Shown piece after piece: positions 35,075 through 45,194 of a stretch of DNA of 64,000 bases (the stretch's first letter is position 1; each line of letters starts with the position of its first letter). The notes under the pieces were generated by a model that saw nothing but the letters and a program-made list of their open reading frames with translations, was not told the origin of the DNA and made no database searches. Origin of the DNA: a virus (taxonomy: Duplodnaviria > Caudoviricetes); the IMG/VR virus record IMGVR_UViG_3300022752_000014, one strand, 5' to 3'. The position numbers and the translations under genes are program-made.

Positions 35075-35367
35075 GCTTTTTCTTCTTTTTTAGAACTAGA
35101 CAACCCTTTAACAGCAGAGATTACGAGCATATTTGAGAGAAGATACCATACTCCATCAAATCCCACATTAATGCGATGTCGCATTTCTGCGTGTTGTGCT
35201 CCAACTGCAACTGCTTGTTCCAATGCAAAATAATCCTTAAGAGACCAAACTCCAAAATAGGCAGAAAATGCCAGACCTTGCACCAAAACAAGACTATAAA
35301 AAAGTTTTTTCATTAGAGGGGTGTTTGTTACTTTATTAGTATAGGGCATTTTTTTCTTCTGGTCCAC
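35071..35367 (-). CDS. Hypothetical membrane protein (2 TM; start uncertain)
   Basis: Two hydrophobic helices; ATGA overlap with the downstream gene. Confidence 0.6.
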   Translation of the reverse strand: MDQKKKMPYTNKVTNTPLMKKLFYSLVLVQGLAFSAYFGVWSLKDYFALEQAVAVGAQHAEMRHRINVGFDGVWYLLSNMLVISAVKGLSSSKKEEKA

Positions 35368-35372
35368 TGCAT

Positions 35373-35396
35373 GTGGACACTTTTCTTCGTGTCCAC
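35373..35396. repeat. Perfect 8-bp inverted repeat between divergent genes
   Basis: GTGGACAC-N8-GTGTCCAC, followed by the late promoter TATAAATA at 35401-35408. Confidence 0.8.
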
Positions 35397-35436
35397 CCTC
35401 TATAAATAATTACACTGAGACACTCTATAGGACATT

Positions 35437-36156
35437 ATGCCTTTACCTAAGATTGCTACGCCAACGTATGAACTTGAATTGCCATCAACAGGAGAGACAA
35501 TTCAATATAGACCTTTTCTAGTTAAGGAAGAAAAACTGCTTGTAATTGCTTTAGAGAGTGAAGATACAAAGCAAATTACGACAGCAATTAAGACCGTCAT
35601 CAAGAATTGTATTCTTACTAAAAATGTAAAAGTAGAATCATTACCTACTTTTGATATTGAATATTTGTTTTTAAATATTCGTGGTAAGTCTGTTGGGGAG
35701 GAGATAGAAGTTAATATCATTTGTCCTGATGACAGTGAAACACAAGTTTCTGTAAAAATTAATCTTGATGATATTGAAGTTCAAAAAAACGAAGAACATT
35801 CAAATAAAATCAAACTTGACAATTCAATTATGATGGAAATGAAATACCCTTCATTAGATCAGTTCATTAAAAATAACTTTGATTTTAATGATAAAAATGC
35901 AATGGACCAATCATTTGAACTGATTGGATCTTGTATTGATAAAATTTTCACTGAAGATGAAGTTTGGTCTACTGCTGATGTAACAAAGAAAGAACTCATA
36001 GAGTTTTTAGAATCAATGAATTCATCACAGTTCAAGGATATTGAAAGATTCTTTGAGACGATGCCCAAACTTTCTCATAAAGTAAAGGTGACTAATCCAA
36101 AAACTGAAGTTGAAAGTGAAGTCGTTATTGAAGGGTTAGCATCTTTTTTCGCATAG
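35437..36156 (+). CDS. gp26: Baseplate hub subunit gp26
   Basis: MPLPKIATPTY, YRPFLVKEEK, FDIEYLFLNIRGKSVGE and GLASFF. Confidence 0.92.
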   Translation: MPLPKIATPTYELELPSTGETIQYRPFLVKEEKLLVIALESEDTKQITTAIKTVIKNCILTKNVKVESLPTFDIEYLFLNIRGKSVGEEIEVNIICPDDSETQVSVKINLDDIEVQKNEEHSNKIKLDNSIMMEMKYPSLDQFIKNNFDFNDKNAMDQSFELIGSCIDKIFTEDEVWSTADVTKKELIEFLESMNSSQFKDIERFFETMPKLSHKVKVTNPKTEVESEVVIEGLASFFA

Positions 36157-36158
36157 CA

Positions 36159-36347
36159 ATGGTCCATATGGACCTTGAGAATTATTTCCGTCTTAACTTT
36201 TCTTTGATGCAATACCATAAATATTCTTTATGGGAGATTGAAAATATGATTCCTTGGGAAAGGGATGTATATGTCGCATTATTACAACAACATCTTGAAG
36301 AAGAAGAGTCAAAACAAAGACAGCAGATGAGCAATGCCCAATTCTAA
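36159..36347 (+). CDS. gp51: Baseplate hub assembly protein gp51
   Basis: LENYFRLNFSLMQYHKYSL...MIPWER. Confidence 0.9.
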   Translation: MVHMDLENYFRLNFSLMQYHKYSLWEIENMIPWERDVYVALLQQHLEEEESKQRQQMSNAQF

Positions 36348-38904
36348 GGACTTAAAAGACCTAGATTCACAACTTAAAAAAACGGTAATCTCTGCTGAAA
36401 GTTTTAAGAGATCCAGTTCATTTGATTCGTCTAAAAGTATTACAAACGTTCATAAGACTATATCTAATCTTGCTGGACACGTTAGAAAAGTTGTCATAAG
36501 AGTTGGTAATTTAGAAAAGACAGTTGAGAATAATTCAAAGAAGATCACAAGTCTTAAAAATATATCGGCACTTCAAGGACCACAAATCAGAGGAACAAAT
36601 ATTGGTGCAAAACTTCCTGGTGGGTCAGTTCAAAGTGTAGATAAAAATATTGCTGCGATTACTGAGTCCGTAAGTTCAATCGCAGAAATATTGGCAGGAA
36701 GAAAAAAACTTGCTGATGATACTGTTGCTTTTGATAGAAAAAAATCAGAGCAAGAGAAAAGAGAACTAGCAGAAAGTAAGTTAGAGAAAAGATTTGATGG
36801 ATTAAAAAGAGCAGCAGAGAAAATTCTTTCACCAGTTAAGAGTATCTTAGATAAGATAATTAACTTCTTGGTGACTGTTTTACTTGGAAGAGTCGTCTAT
36901 AAGTTAATTGACTGGTGGGGTGATCCTAAAAACGCAGGTAAAGTTAAATCTATTATTAGATTTTTAACCGATTGGGGTCCTGCTTTACTTGGTGGGTTTA
37001 TTTTATTCGGAACTAGATTTGGAAAAGGTGTAAGAATTTTAACAAGAATTGCACTATCTGGTATTGCAAAACTTGCTAAGGCAATTCCTTCTCTTCTAAG
37101 ATTTGCTAGGGGAAATCCAAGAACTGCACTTGCACTTGCTGCTGGAACTTATGCTGCTACACAACTAGCAGGAAGAGCGTTCAGTGGTGGAGACGAAAAA
37201 CCACAAGGTCTTGTTGGTGGTGGATATGTAATCCCAAGATTTTCTGGTGGTGGATTAAATTTTGGTAGTTTGTTTAGTGGAATAGGAAACTTCTTTAGTG
37301 GTCTTGTAAGCGGACAAAAAGGAACAGATAAAATTCCTGCAATGCTTACTGATGGTGAATTTGTAATGTCTGCAGGAGCAGTTCAGAAGTATGGTGTAGA
37401 TACACTGGAAGCAATGAACGCTGCTGGTGGTGGGACAAATAAACCTAAGATGATGAGCGGCACTGTATATGCTGCAGGTGGTGGTCCCATAGGAAGAAGT
37501 TTTGGCAACCGTAGTGGTAATAATGATATTCAAAATATAAAAGATTTTATTAAATATAAAATTGGTTATGATGTAGATAAACCTTCTACTTGGGGAACAT
37601 CTTTTCAATCTGCTTTTAGTGCAGGATCAAGACCAAGAAGCAATCAATCTGGATCTGGTATTAATATTGGATCTCTGACTAGAGGTGTTTTAAATCAGGG
37701 ACAGGGTTTGATGAGTCAAGCGGCTCCCACAATTCGCAGTGGAATGAGTCAAGCGCAGGGACTTCTAAATCAAGCACCCCAGTTGCTTTCTCAAGTTAAT
37801 CCTTTAGCACCGATAGGAAAATTTCTCAGCACAACTGATTTGCCTTTTGAAAAACAAGCTTTAAATTATGAAAGGAATTTGAATCTAAAACCTGGAGAGG
37901 GACTGACATCAGAGAATAAAAAAAGAGATGAAGATTTAAAAAGACGTATAACAAAAATGTATGATCCCGACAAAGATACGGGAATACAAGGTGCTTTTAA
38001 AAAAACATATAAAGAGATTGTAAATAAAGGACTTGTTCCAGAAGCAGTATATTCTCCTTTAACAGCACTATTAAAAACAGAACAAAGTGATAAATTAGTA
38101 TCAAAACTTACTAACGGAAAAATAAAACATTTGAGCGCAGCTATTACTGGTCTGCAGTATGTTATGAAAGGATTTATGGGCCCTTTGGGGAGACCATTTC
38201 AAATTGATACTCAAGGTCTAGGAAGATATCAGAGATCTTTGATGCTAGAAGCACAAAGACAAGGGCATGGAGCTGTAGGAGCAAGAGCATTCGGGCAAGA
38301 AAAATATGATAAAATGCAAGAACAATCTATGGGAAGTAAAATGTTTGCGAAACTTGCAAACTATGCCCTGGGACAAAATATATTTACTGTAGATAAAAGA
38401 GGAAGAGCAACAACAACCGATACTTGGGATTCATCTACTCAAGATTTAAAAGGTTATGTAAAAGATACGAAGAGTGGTTTAAAGAGTTTTGGTGATTTTC
38501 TTCAGGGGAAAAATCCACAGGGTTATAAAGGATTGGGTGAGGCTGCTTTTAAAGGTGGTTCTGGACTTTTGAGAATGATGCAAAATACTCCTTGGGCAAA
38601 TTTACATCCTGGTGGTGTTGAAGTTGATTTGGGTGGAGGATTTAAACCAACAGACTCAAGAGGAAATGTCTTAAGTTCTCAACAAATTAGACAAGCAAAT
38701 AGGACTAGATCAAATGTAAGACCTGTTAAACCCCCATCAAAACCGGCAGTTATATACAAGTATTCGCAACCTACAAATAAAAATCAAATGTCCCCCATTT
38801 ATAAAACTGCTTCTCCCAAAGTTCCAAGTTTTAGTGCAACTACTAGAGGGTCTAGTGCTAAGGCAAATACGCTAGGTATTCCAAATCAGGCTTCTTACAG
38901 GTAA
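36334..38904 (+). CDS. Tape-measure/hub-like structural protein
   Basis: N-terminal coiled coil, amphipathic segment and a GTDKIPAMLTDGEFVM...LEAMN motif seen in tape measures; follows gp51. Confidence 0.55.
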   Translation: MPNSKDLKDLDSQLKKTVISAESFKRSSSFDSSKSITNVHKTISNLAGHVRKVVIRVGNLEKTVENNSKKITSLKNISALQGPQIRGTNIGAKLPGGSVQSVDKNIAAITESVSSIAEILAGRKKLADDTVAFDRKKSEQEKRELAESKLEKRFDGLKRAAEKILSPVKSILDKIINFLVTVLLGRVVYKLIDWWGDPKNAGKVKSIIRFLTDWGPALLGGFILFGTRFGKGVRILTRIALSGIAKLAKAIPSLLRFARGNPRTALALAAGTYAATQLAGRAFSGGDEKPQGLVGGGYVIPRFSGGGLNFGSLFSGIGNFFSGLVSGQKGTDKIPAMLTDGEFVMSAGAVQKYGVDTLEAMNAAGGGTNKPKMMSGTVYAAGGGPIGRSFGNRSGNNDIQNIKDFIKYKIGYDVDKPSTWGTSFQSAFSAGSRPRSNQSGSGINIGSLTRGVLNQGQGLMSQAAPTIRSGMSQAQGLLNQAPQLLSQVNPLAPIGKFLSTTDLPFEKQALNYERNLNLKPGEGLTSENKKRDEDLKRRITKMYDPDKDTGIQGAFKKTYKEIVNKGLVPEAVYSPLTALLKTEQSDKLVSKLTNGKIKHLSAAITGLQYVMKGFMGPLGRPFQIDTQGLGRYQRSLMLEAQRQGHGAVGARAFGQEKYDKMQEQSMGSKMFAKLANYALGQNIFTVDKRGRATTTDTWDSSTQDLKGYVKDTKSGLKSFGDFLQGKNPQGYKGLGEAAFKGGSGLLRMMQNTPWANLHPGGVEVDLGGGFKPTDSRGNVLSSQQIRQANRTRSNVRPVKPPSKPAVIYKYSQPTNKNQMSPIYKTASPKVPSFSATTRGSSAKANTLGIPNQASYR

Positions 38905-38910
38905 TAAAAG

Positions 38911-41829
38911 ATGGCAGTCAATCCCCAAAAGTTTTTACCATCAAAAGAGACCACAAAGGAGACTATTAATATTAAAAAATCTTCTATCGTTCTCTCACAA
39001 AACTCTGTAAAAAATATTGCTACAATTAAAGTAAAGGTTATTCAAATTGAAAGCATCTTAAAAGGAACTCTTGCATTAGAAAAGAAAGCATTAGACCAAA
39101 AGAAAAGAAAAGAAAGTGCTGGAAGAAGAGAGAAACAAGAAGAAAAATTAGAAACAAAAACGAATATGGGAATGGGAGGAATTAAAATGCCTCAACGCCC
39201 AAAACTTGGCATCTTTGATTGGATTAAAAACTTTATTGGTAATGTTATTCTTGGTTATTTTGCTGTAAGACTAGTTGATCATCTTCCCAAGATAATGCCA
39301 ATTGTTAAACTGTTGGGTAAAGCAGGTGATTTGATTGTAGATTTTGGGGGAAAACTTTTAAATGGACTCGCAACATTTATTGACTGGGGATATAAAGCAG
39401 TTGATTTTAGTCGTGGTTTGATTGGCAAAACATTTGGTGATGATGCGCTGAAGAACTTTGATAAACTTACTAGTGAGTTTGAGAAGTTTATGAACCTTGC
39501 CATCATTGTGGGTATGGCAAGTGCCGACTTTGGAATGGATAGAATGAGGAGACCTGGACCCACAGGACCCACAAGAGGTGGAACTAGAACAAGGACCGGT
39601 GGTGCTCCAATGGAAGGTCCTGATATTAGAAATCCGCTCAGACGAAGACCAACAATAACTCAGGGTAGAGGTGGTACACGGTTAGCATCTAAATTCGGTC
39701 CTAAAATTCTCAAAGCGGTTCCATTTTTAGGCGCTGGACTTGCTATCACTGAAGGAATAATGAGAATTCGTGAGGGTGATATTGTTGGCGGATTACTTGC
39801 TTTTGGAACTGCTATTCCTGGTTTTGGTTGGGGATTTTTAGCACTTGACATTGCTCGTGAGTTTATGGGTGGACAAGAATTTGATAAAAAAGTTGGAAGA
39901 GCATTGAGTGGAAAACCAGGTCTAACTAATAAACAAGTTCAAAAAAGAACGCCACATTTTTTTGGACCTGATCCAATTGTTGGTGCTGCTGGCGGAGGTC
40001 CAACAAGAGGTGGAAAATCTAAAGGAGCAGTAAAGAGAACTATTGGTAAAACTAAAAAGGCAAAATACAAGAGAGTAATCCCACAAAAACCAGGAAAGGT
40101 TGAAATAACTTCTCCTGGTGCTGATGTTGGTGGTGAAGATAAAATATTTGGAATATTCCCAAACCCTCTTAAGGGAGCTCAAAAAGTTATTGACGCAATG
40201 AATCCCTTTAATACACTTAAAAAATCTGGAGAGGAACTTGGGAAGACGGATTACTTTGGACCTATTCTTGCAATCACATCAAAATTACTTGCAGGCCAGA
40301 AACCAAGTCAACAAGACTATAGAAACGTTGGTCTTGGAATTAATATGTTGATTGCAAAAGGCATTCAAGACAAACAACTTAAAGGTGGAGTTGTCGCTGC
40401 TTTTGCTGAAGGTGGTATGGTTGATCCTGATGTTCTATCAGCAGCAGAAACTGGTGGAGACATTAGTAATTGGGTAGCAAAAACTTTCCAAGGTGAGATT
40501 GAAAGTAATGCCCAAAGAACATTGAGATTGATTAAAGAAAACGCTGAAAAGAAAAAAGATGAACCATCAAAGGAACCACCATCTCCAGATATCGATTTAG
40601 ATGGTGCTGGGACAACTGGTGGGGGAACTGCAGATACTTCTTTAAATCCTTATAGAAGAGCATTTTTAGATACTCTTGCTTTTGCGGAGGGAACTGCAAA
40701 TTATCCTAATACTGGATACAATACAATTTTTAGTGGTAAACAATTTAGTGGATACAAAGACCACCCAAGAAGACTTATAACCAGTGGCGGTTATAGTTCT
40801 GATGCTGCAGGAAGATATCAGTTTCTTAGTACGACTTGGGATGGTTTAGGTCTACCTGATTTCAGTCCAGCAAATCAAGATAAAGGAGCTCTCAAATTAC
40901 TTGCCCCCCACGTCCTTGCCGCTATTGATAAGGGAGACTTTGCGACAGCATTTCACGGGGCAAGAAAAACTTGGGCGTCTCTTCCTGGAGCAGGTTACGG
41001 TCAACCAGAAAAGAAAATGAAAACACTTGTTGGTTATGCAAATAATAGATTGGCAAAATATCAAAAGGGGGAAATAGGAAAACCAATTACTTCTATTCCA
41101 GACCTTGGTAGTGCTCAACCAACAGGTGCTAATGGTAGATTAAGTCCCGGTCAACTTACAACAGTTCAGGGAGGATATCAACTAAGAAGTGATGCTGCAC
41201 AAGCATTTCAAAATGCAGCGGCATCTGCCAGAAAATCTGGAGTTAATATATCACTATCAAGTGCCTATCGATCTTATGAAAAACAAGCTGCTTTATATGC
41301 AAACAGGGCATCCAATCCATATCCTGTAGCAGCACCAGGAACTTCCAATCATGGATATGGTATTGCCATAGATGTTCCTGAAGGGACACCTGGACACAAT
41401 TGGATGATTGCAAATGGTAGACAGTTTGGATGGAAAAATCTACCAGGCGATGCTGTTCATTTTGATTTTGTTGGTGGATCTAGAATGAAATCATATCATA
41501 CTGGGTCAGATAGGATTAACTCTAAGGAAACAATTGCAAAACTTTTGAAAAAAGAATCGGTGCTTGATGTTGATACCTCAGAGTCTTTGAGAAAAATTGA
41601 TCCACAATTGATTGGTAAACTTAATCGTGCAACAAATGTCCAGGGAGTTATGAATGTTCTTCAACAATATGCTTCATATGAATCTGGTGCTGAGCAAACG
41701 GTTGTTGTTATAGATTCCACACCAACTACTTCTATGGGCGGAGGTTATGGAGATTCTGGTGCTGTTATGATGATGGGAGGATCTGGTGGCGAATCAGATC
41801 CATTTGAGTCTCTAGCAATTGGTGGTTAA
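38911..41829 (+). CDS. Tape-measure-like virion protein with lambda-R-type lysozyme and M15 (VanY-like) peptidase domains
   Basis: AFLDTLAFAEGT...AAGRYQFL..TW at ~40650-41050; SAYRS...SNHGYGIAID...DAVH at ~41150-41480. Confidence 0.75.
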   Translation: MAVNPQKFLPSKETTKETINIKKSSIVLSQNSVKNIATIKVKVIQIESILKGTLALEKKALDQKKRKESAGRREKQEEKLETKTNMGMGGIKMPQRPKLGIFDWIKNFIGNVILGYFAVRLVDHLPKIMPIVKLLGKAGDLIVDFGGKLLNGLATFIDWGYKAVDFSRGLIGKTFGDDALKNFDKLTSEFEKFMNLAIIVGMASADFGMDRMRRPGPTGPTRGGTRTRTGGAPMEGPDIRNPLRRRPTITQGRGGTRLASKFGPKILKAVPFLGAGLAITEGIMRIREGDIVGGLLAFGTAIPGFGWGFLALDIAREFMGGQEFDKKVGRALSGKPGLTNKQVQKRTPHFFGPDPIVGAAGGGPTRGGKSKGAVKRTIGKTKKAKYKRVIPQKPGKVEITSPGADVGGEDKIFGIFPNPLKGAQKVIDAMNPFNTLKKSGEELGKTDYFGPILAITSKLLAGQKPSQQDYRNVGLGINMLIAKGIQDKQLKGGVVAAFAEGGMVDPDVLSAAETGGDISNWVAKTFQGEIESNAQRTLRLIKENAEKKKDEPSKEPPSPDIDLDGAGTTGGGTADTSLNPYRRAFLDTLAFAEGTANYPNTGYNTIFSGKQFSGYKDHPRRLITSGGYSSDAAGRYQFLSTTWDGLGLPDFSPANQDKGALKLLAPHVLAAIDKGDFATAFHGARKTWASLPGAGYGQPEKKMKTLVGYANNRLAKYQKGEIGKPITSIPDLGSAQPTGANGRLSPGQLTTVQGGYQLRSDAAQAFQNAAASARKSGVNISLSSAYRSYEKQAALYANRASNPYPVAAPGTSNHGYGIAIDVPEGTPGHNWMIANGRQFGWKNLPGDAVHFDFVGGSRMKSYHTGSDRINSKETIAKLLKKESVLDVDTSESLRKIDPQLIGKLNRATNVQGVMNVLQQYASYESGAEQTVVVIDSTPTTSMGGGYGDSGAVMMMGGSGGESDPFESLAIGG

Positions 41830-41851
41830 ATAAAGTATCAGGTAATAAGAA

Positions 41852-43192
41852 ATGTCAAACTTAATTGTCACGAAAAGTGCTGAACCGTCTTTTATAGAAC
41901 GAATTGATATCGTTTCAAATAAAAGTCAGAGTAAAACAGCAAGCGTCACTGGTGGCACGATTCGCTTGATGTATTATGAAAGTATTTTACAAGACTCTGT
42001 TAAGGCGACAGTGACGTTTGTTGATACTGGAAATGCAGTTGATAATAAGACAGTTCTAGAGGGGCTACCTTTAGTTGGACAAGAAAAAGTATATTTAAAA
42101 TTTAGGGACAACAACGACTCTACATTGAACATAGTTTTATATGTAAACAAGGTAACACCAGTAATAGAAGATACTACAAAGTCTATGGTCCAATTGGAGT
42201 TGGTATCCAAAGAATTTATTATGAACGAAAAAGTCAGATTGAATGAAAGATTTGATGGAAAAATATCAGACCATATTAGAAAGATTTTAACAAATAAAAA
42301 TTACCTTACAACAGAAAAGAATATTGACATTGAAGAAACATCAAATAACTATAACTTCATTGGTAATAATAGGAAACCATATTACGCTATGAATTGGTTG
42401 TCTAAAAAAGCGGTCTCTGCAAAGAATCAAAAGAGTGGCGACAGTGCTGGGTATTTTTTCTTTGAAACTTCAGAAGGATTTAAATTTAAATCTATTGATG
42501 GACTATTAGCACAAGAAAAGAAAAAGTCAATTACCTTTAACCAGACACCAGACTCAAGAGGAGATAATATTCCTGCTGGTTATGATGTAAAGGCTTTGGA
42601 ATATTCAAAAGATAATAATGTAGATGTGCAAGAAAAACTTAAGATGGGGGCGTTTTCTACTCGCACTATTTTATTTGATCCCTTTTCTTGCTACTATGAA
42701 GTTATCACACCAAATGCAAAGCAAGTAGAACAATCATTAAAACTTGCTGGTAAAGAACTTCCCACTTTAAATCCAGAGTTTAATAGAAACGAAAACAATA
42801 AAGAGTTTTCTAGAACGACTTTTTCACTTCTTGATAAAGGATCTCTACCATCTGGAAGCACCAAACAACAAATAGAAAAGTCAAAAGAGCAAAACTTTGA
42901 TCCAAAAAATATTTTGAATCAATCTATAATGAGATACAATCAATTGTTCTCTGCCAAGAGCACAGTCACAATACCTGGTGATTTCTCATTACACGCTGGA
43001 GATGCTGTTTTTATTGACGCAAAACAACTTGCTGCTGCCGATGAAGAAATAAACAAGGAATATGGAGGTCTATATATTATAGCAGATTTATGTCACTACA
43101 TTTCTCCAAGAGAAACCTACACCAAACTCAATCTAGTAAGAGATTCTTTTGGTAGAACTGGTAATCACACATCGGGTAAGATACCATTATGA
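41852..43192 (+). CDS. Baseplate hub-like protein (gp27-like)
   Basis: YYESI, YFFFETSEGFKFKSID, IPGDFSLHAGD and GLYIIADLCH; lies upstream of gp5; late TTAAATA at 41826-41832. Confidence 0.55.
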   Translation: MSNLIVTKSAEPSFIERIDIVSNKSQSKTASVTGGTIRLMYYESILQDSVKATVTFVDTGNAVDNKTVLEGLPLVGQEKVYLKFRDNNDSTLNIVLYVNKVTPVIEDTTKSMVQLELVSKEFIMNEKVRLNERFDGKISDHIRKILTNKNYLTTEKNIDIEETSNNYNFIGNNRKPYYAMNWLSKKAVSAKNQKSGDSAGYFFFETSEGFKFKSIDGLLAQEKKKSITFNQTPDSRGDNIPAGYDVKALEYSKDNNVDVQEKLKMGAFSTRTILFDPFSCYYEVITPNAKQVEQSLKLAGKELPTLNPEFNRNENNKEFSRTTFSLLDKGSLPSGSTKQQIEKSKEQNFDPKNILNQSIMRYNQLFSAKSTVTIPGDFSLHAGDAVFIDAKQLAAADEEINKEYGGLYIIADLCHYISPRETYTKLNLVRDSFGRTGNHTSGKIPL

Positions 43193-43407
43193 CGGACAGA
43201 AGCATTCAACAACACATCAATGATGATAAGGATAAGTTAGAGGATCCAACGTTATCTCCTCAAATGAGACGCCACGTTGAAGATGAACTAGGGCATCTTG
43301 AGAAGTATCAAGCGAATCACCCAGACGAAGAACACGATCCAACAGCATTTGAAATGTATTGTGATGAACATCCAGATGCAGCAGAATGCAAAATCTATGA
43401 TGATTGA
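43189..43407 (+). CDS. cp12: CP12 Calvin-cycle inhibitor (cyanophage type)
   Basis: C-terminal FEMYCDEHPDAAECKIYDD with the conserved Cys pair. Confidence 0.92.
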   Translation: MTDRSIQQHINDDKDKLEDPTLSPQMRRHVEDELGHLEKYQANHPDEEHDPTAFEMYCDEHPDAAECKIYDD

Positions 43408-43413
43408 TAACTA

Positions 43414-45159
43414 ATGGAAGGTGGAGCATTATTTAATCCTGGATTCTTAGGTGGCAGTTTTCTCTGGTGGGTTGGTCAGATTGCTGACGACTCCACTTGG
43501 AGGGAGAATATCCTCCCTGGAAAATTTGCAGATGCTTCCACTATTCCTGGTTGGGGTAGAAGATACAAAGTAAGAATTATTGGATTGCACGATCAAGGTA
43601 ATGATACAATAACAGACGAGAACTTGCCTTGGGCTCAAGTAATGTATCCCATCACTGCTGGTGGCGGGCAAACTAATTCATCACAAACCCCCAATCTACG
43701 TCAAGGAAATTTTGTATTTGGATTTTTCCTTGACGGACAAGATCAACAAGTCCCAGTCATTATGGGTGTGTTGGGCAATAATGCTCAGACTGCACTAAAC
43801 ACTAGTTGGGATAAAACTAAAAAAGTCACTAATGCATCTCCTGGCAGTTTAGCAACAAGTGGATATGCGAAAGGAAAAAAACCAAAAGGTGCTGCAACTG
43901 AAAAAGTTCCTGATGAAGGTAAAGTTGTTGTTAAGCCCAAATCAAGAACACAATATAATGAGTGTGCTCCTCTTGCTCCAGGAAAGACCTTAGATAAGTA
44001 TGGTCTTCCTTATGGAGAGGCAAACCAATTTCAATTAAGAGATATTCAAAGTGCTGCAGCAGAAGCAACAACAAAGGGATTAACTGGAACTGACTTTGAT
44101 AATTTTGTAAAGAAAGTCGTTCAAGATGGAATTAAGAATCGTTGTAAGGAAGCAAACTCATCAACATCACCACCCTCTCCAGGCGCAGCAAAAGAAAATG
44201 CAGATGCTGTTCATCAAACTAGTTCAGCTGATTTAAAGTTAAAAGAGAAGTATAAAGAAAAAATTCCCCTGATGAAACCAGGTGAAAATAAAGTTATGTC
44301 AGCATTGAAATGTATCCAAACAGTGTTGGACAATTTGATGCGTGAAATCAAAAAATATCTAGATGCTATTACTTGTTATGCTGATGCAGTTTCAAATCTG
44401 ATTAACAGTATTCAAAAATTAATTGCAAAGGCGGCGTGTATTATTGCAAAGTATATGAAGATTATTTTTGATAAAATTATGGAGTATGTTCTTAAGTTAT
44501 TGAACAAAGAACTGACCAAAGTCGTATCAGCAATGCCTTCAAGTATGAGAAGTATGTTTGGTGATATGAAAGAAATTCTTGTTGAACTTATTATGTGTTT
44601 ATACAATAAAATTACACAAGGTCTTTGTGGATTAATTCAGGGATTGTTGACAGATATTTTAAAACCAAATGAGTTGGAACAGCAAATGAGGAATAGTCCC
44701 TCCAATAGAAAGATAACTCCTAGTGTTCCAATATGTTATGCAGAACAACTTGCTGGTCAAGTTATTTCATTTAACAAACAACAAATTAATGATGCAAATA
44801 ATACAATCATTGATAATGTAAATGCCTTTCTTGATGATATTCAGGGACAGATTGCTGGTGTCAGTGGATCCTTAGCAGATATTACTTCCAATATTGGAAA
44901 TATCGGCGGAAGTTTATCTGATGCTTTAAGTTTTACTAATCTGAAGTTGAATGTCTTTGGATGTGAACTTAAACCAAATGTTGCCGTATCTGACTTCTAC
45001 ACTTTTGGAAGAGGTGGTGGAGCACAACCAGACGCACAACTTCCAAGTGAGAAAGGTGTAGAAAATGCAGCGACACAACCAGTATCTACAACACCAACAC
45101 CTGAAGTTCCATATCTAGAACCAACAAAAGCATCAGCAAATGTTGATCTTAAACAATAA
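43414..45159 (+). CDS. gp5: Baseplate hub gp5, N-terminal OB-fold part
   Basis: WWVGQI, RYKVRIIGLH, LPWAQV and VFGFFLDG...PVIMG. Confidence 0.85.
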   Translation: MEGGALFNPGFLGGSFLWWVGQIADDSTWRENILPGKFADASTIPGWGRRYKVRIIGLHDQGNDTITDENLPWAQVMYPITAGGGQTNSSQTPNLRQGNFVFGFFLDGQDQQVPVIMGVLGNNAQTALNTSWDKTKKVTNASPGSLATSGYAKGKKPKGAATEKVPDEGKVVVKPKSRTQYNECAPLAPGKTLDKYGLPYGEANQFQLRDIQSAAAEATTKGLTGTDFDNFVKKVVQDGIKNRCKEANSSTSPPSPGAAKENADAVHQTSSADLKLKEKYKEKIPLMKPGENKVMSALKCIQTVLDNLMREIKKYLDAITCYADAVSNLINSIQKLIAKAACIIAKYMKIIFDKIMEYVLKLLNKELTKVVSAMPSSMRSMFGDMKEILVELIMCLYNKITQGLCGLIQGLLTDILKPNELEQQMRNSPSNRKITPSVPICYAEQLAGQVISFNKQQINDANNTIIDNVNAFLDDIQGQIAGVSGSLADITSNIGNIGGSLSDALSFTNLKLNVFGCELKPNVAVSDFYTFGRGGGAQPDAQLPSEKGVENAATQPVSTTPTPEVPYLEPTKASANVDLKQ

Positions 45160-45194
45160 ATATCACTATGAAGAAAAAGGTAAACCAATAACTA

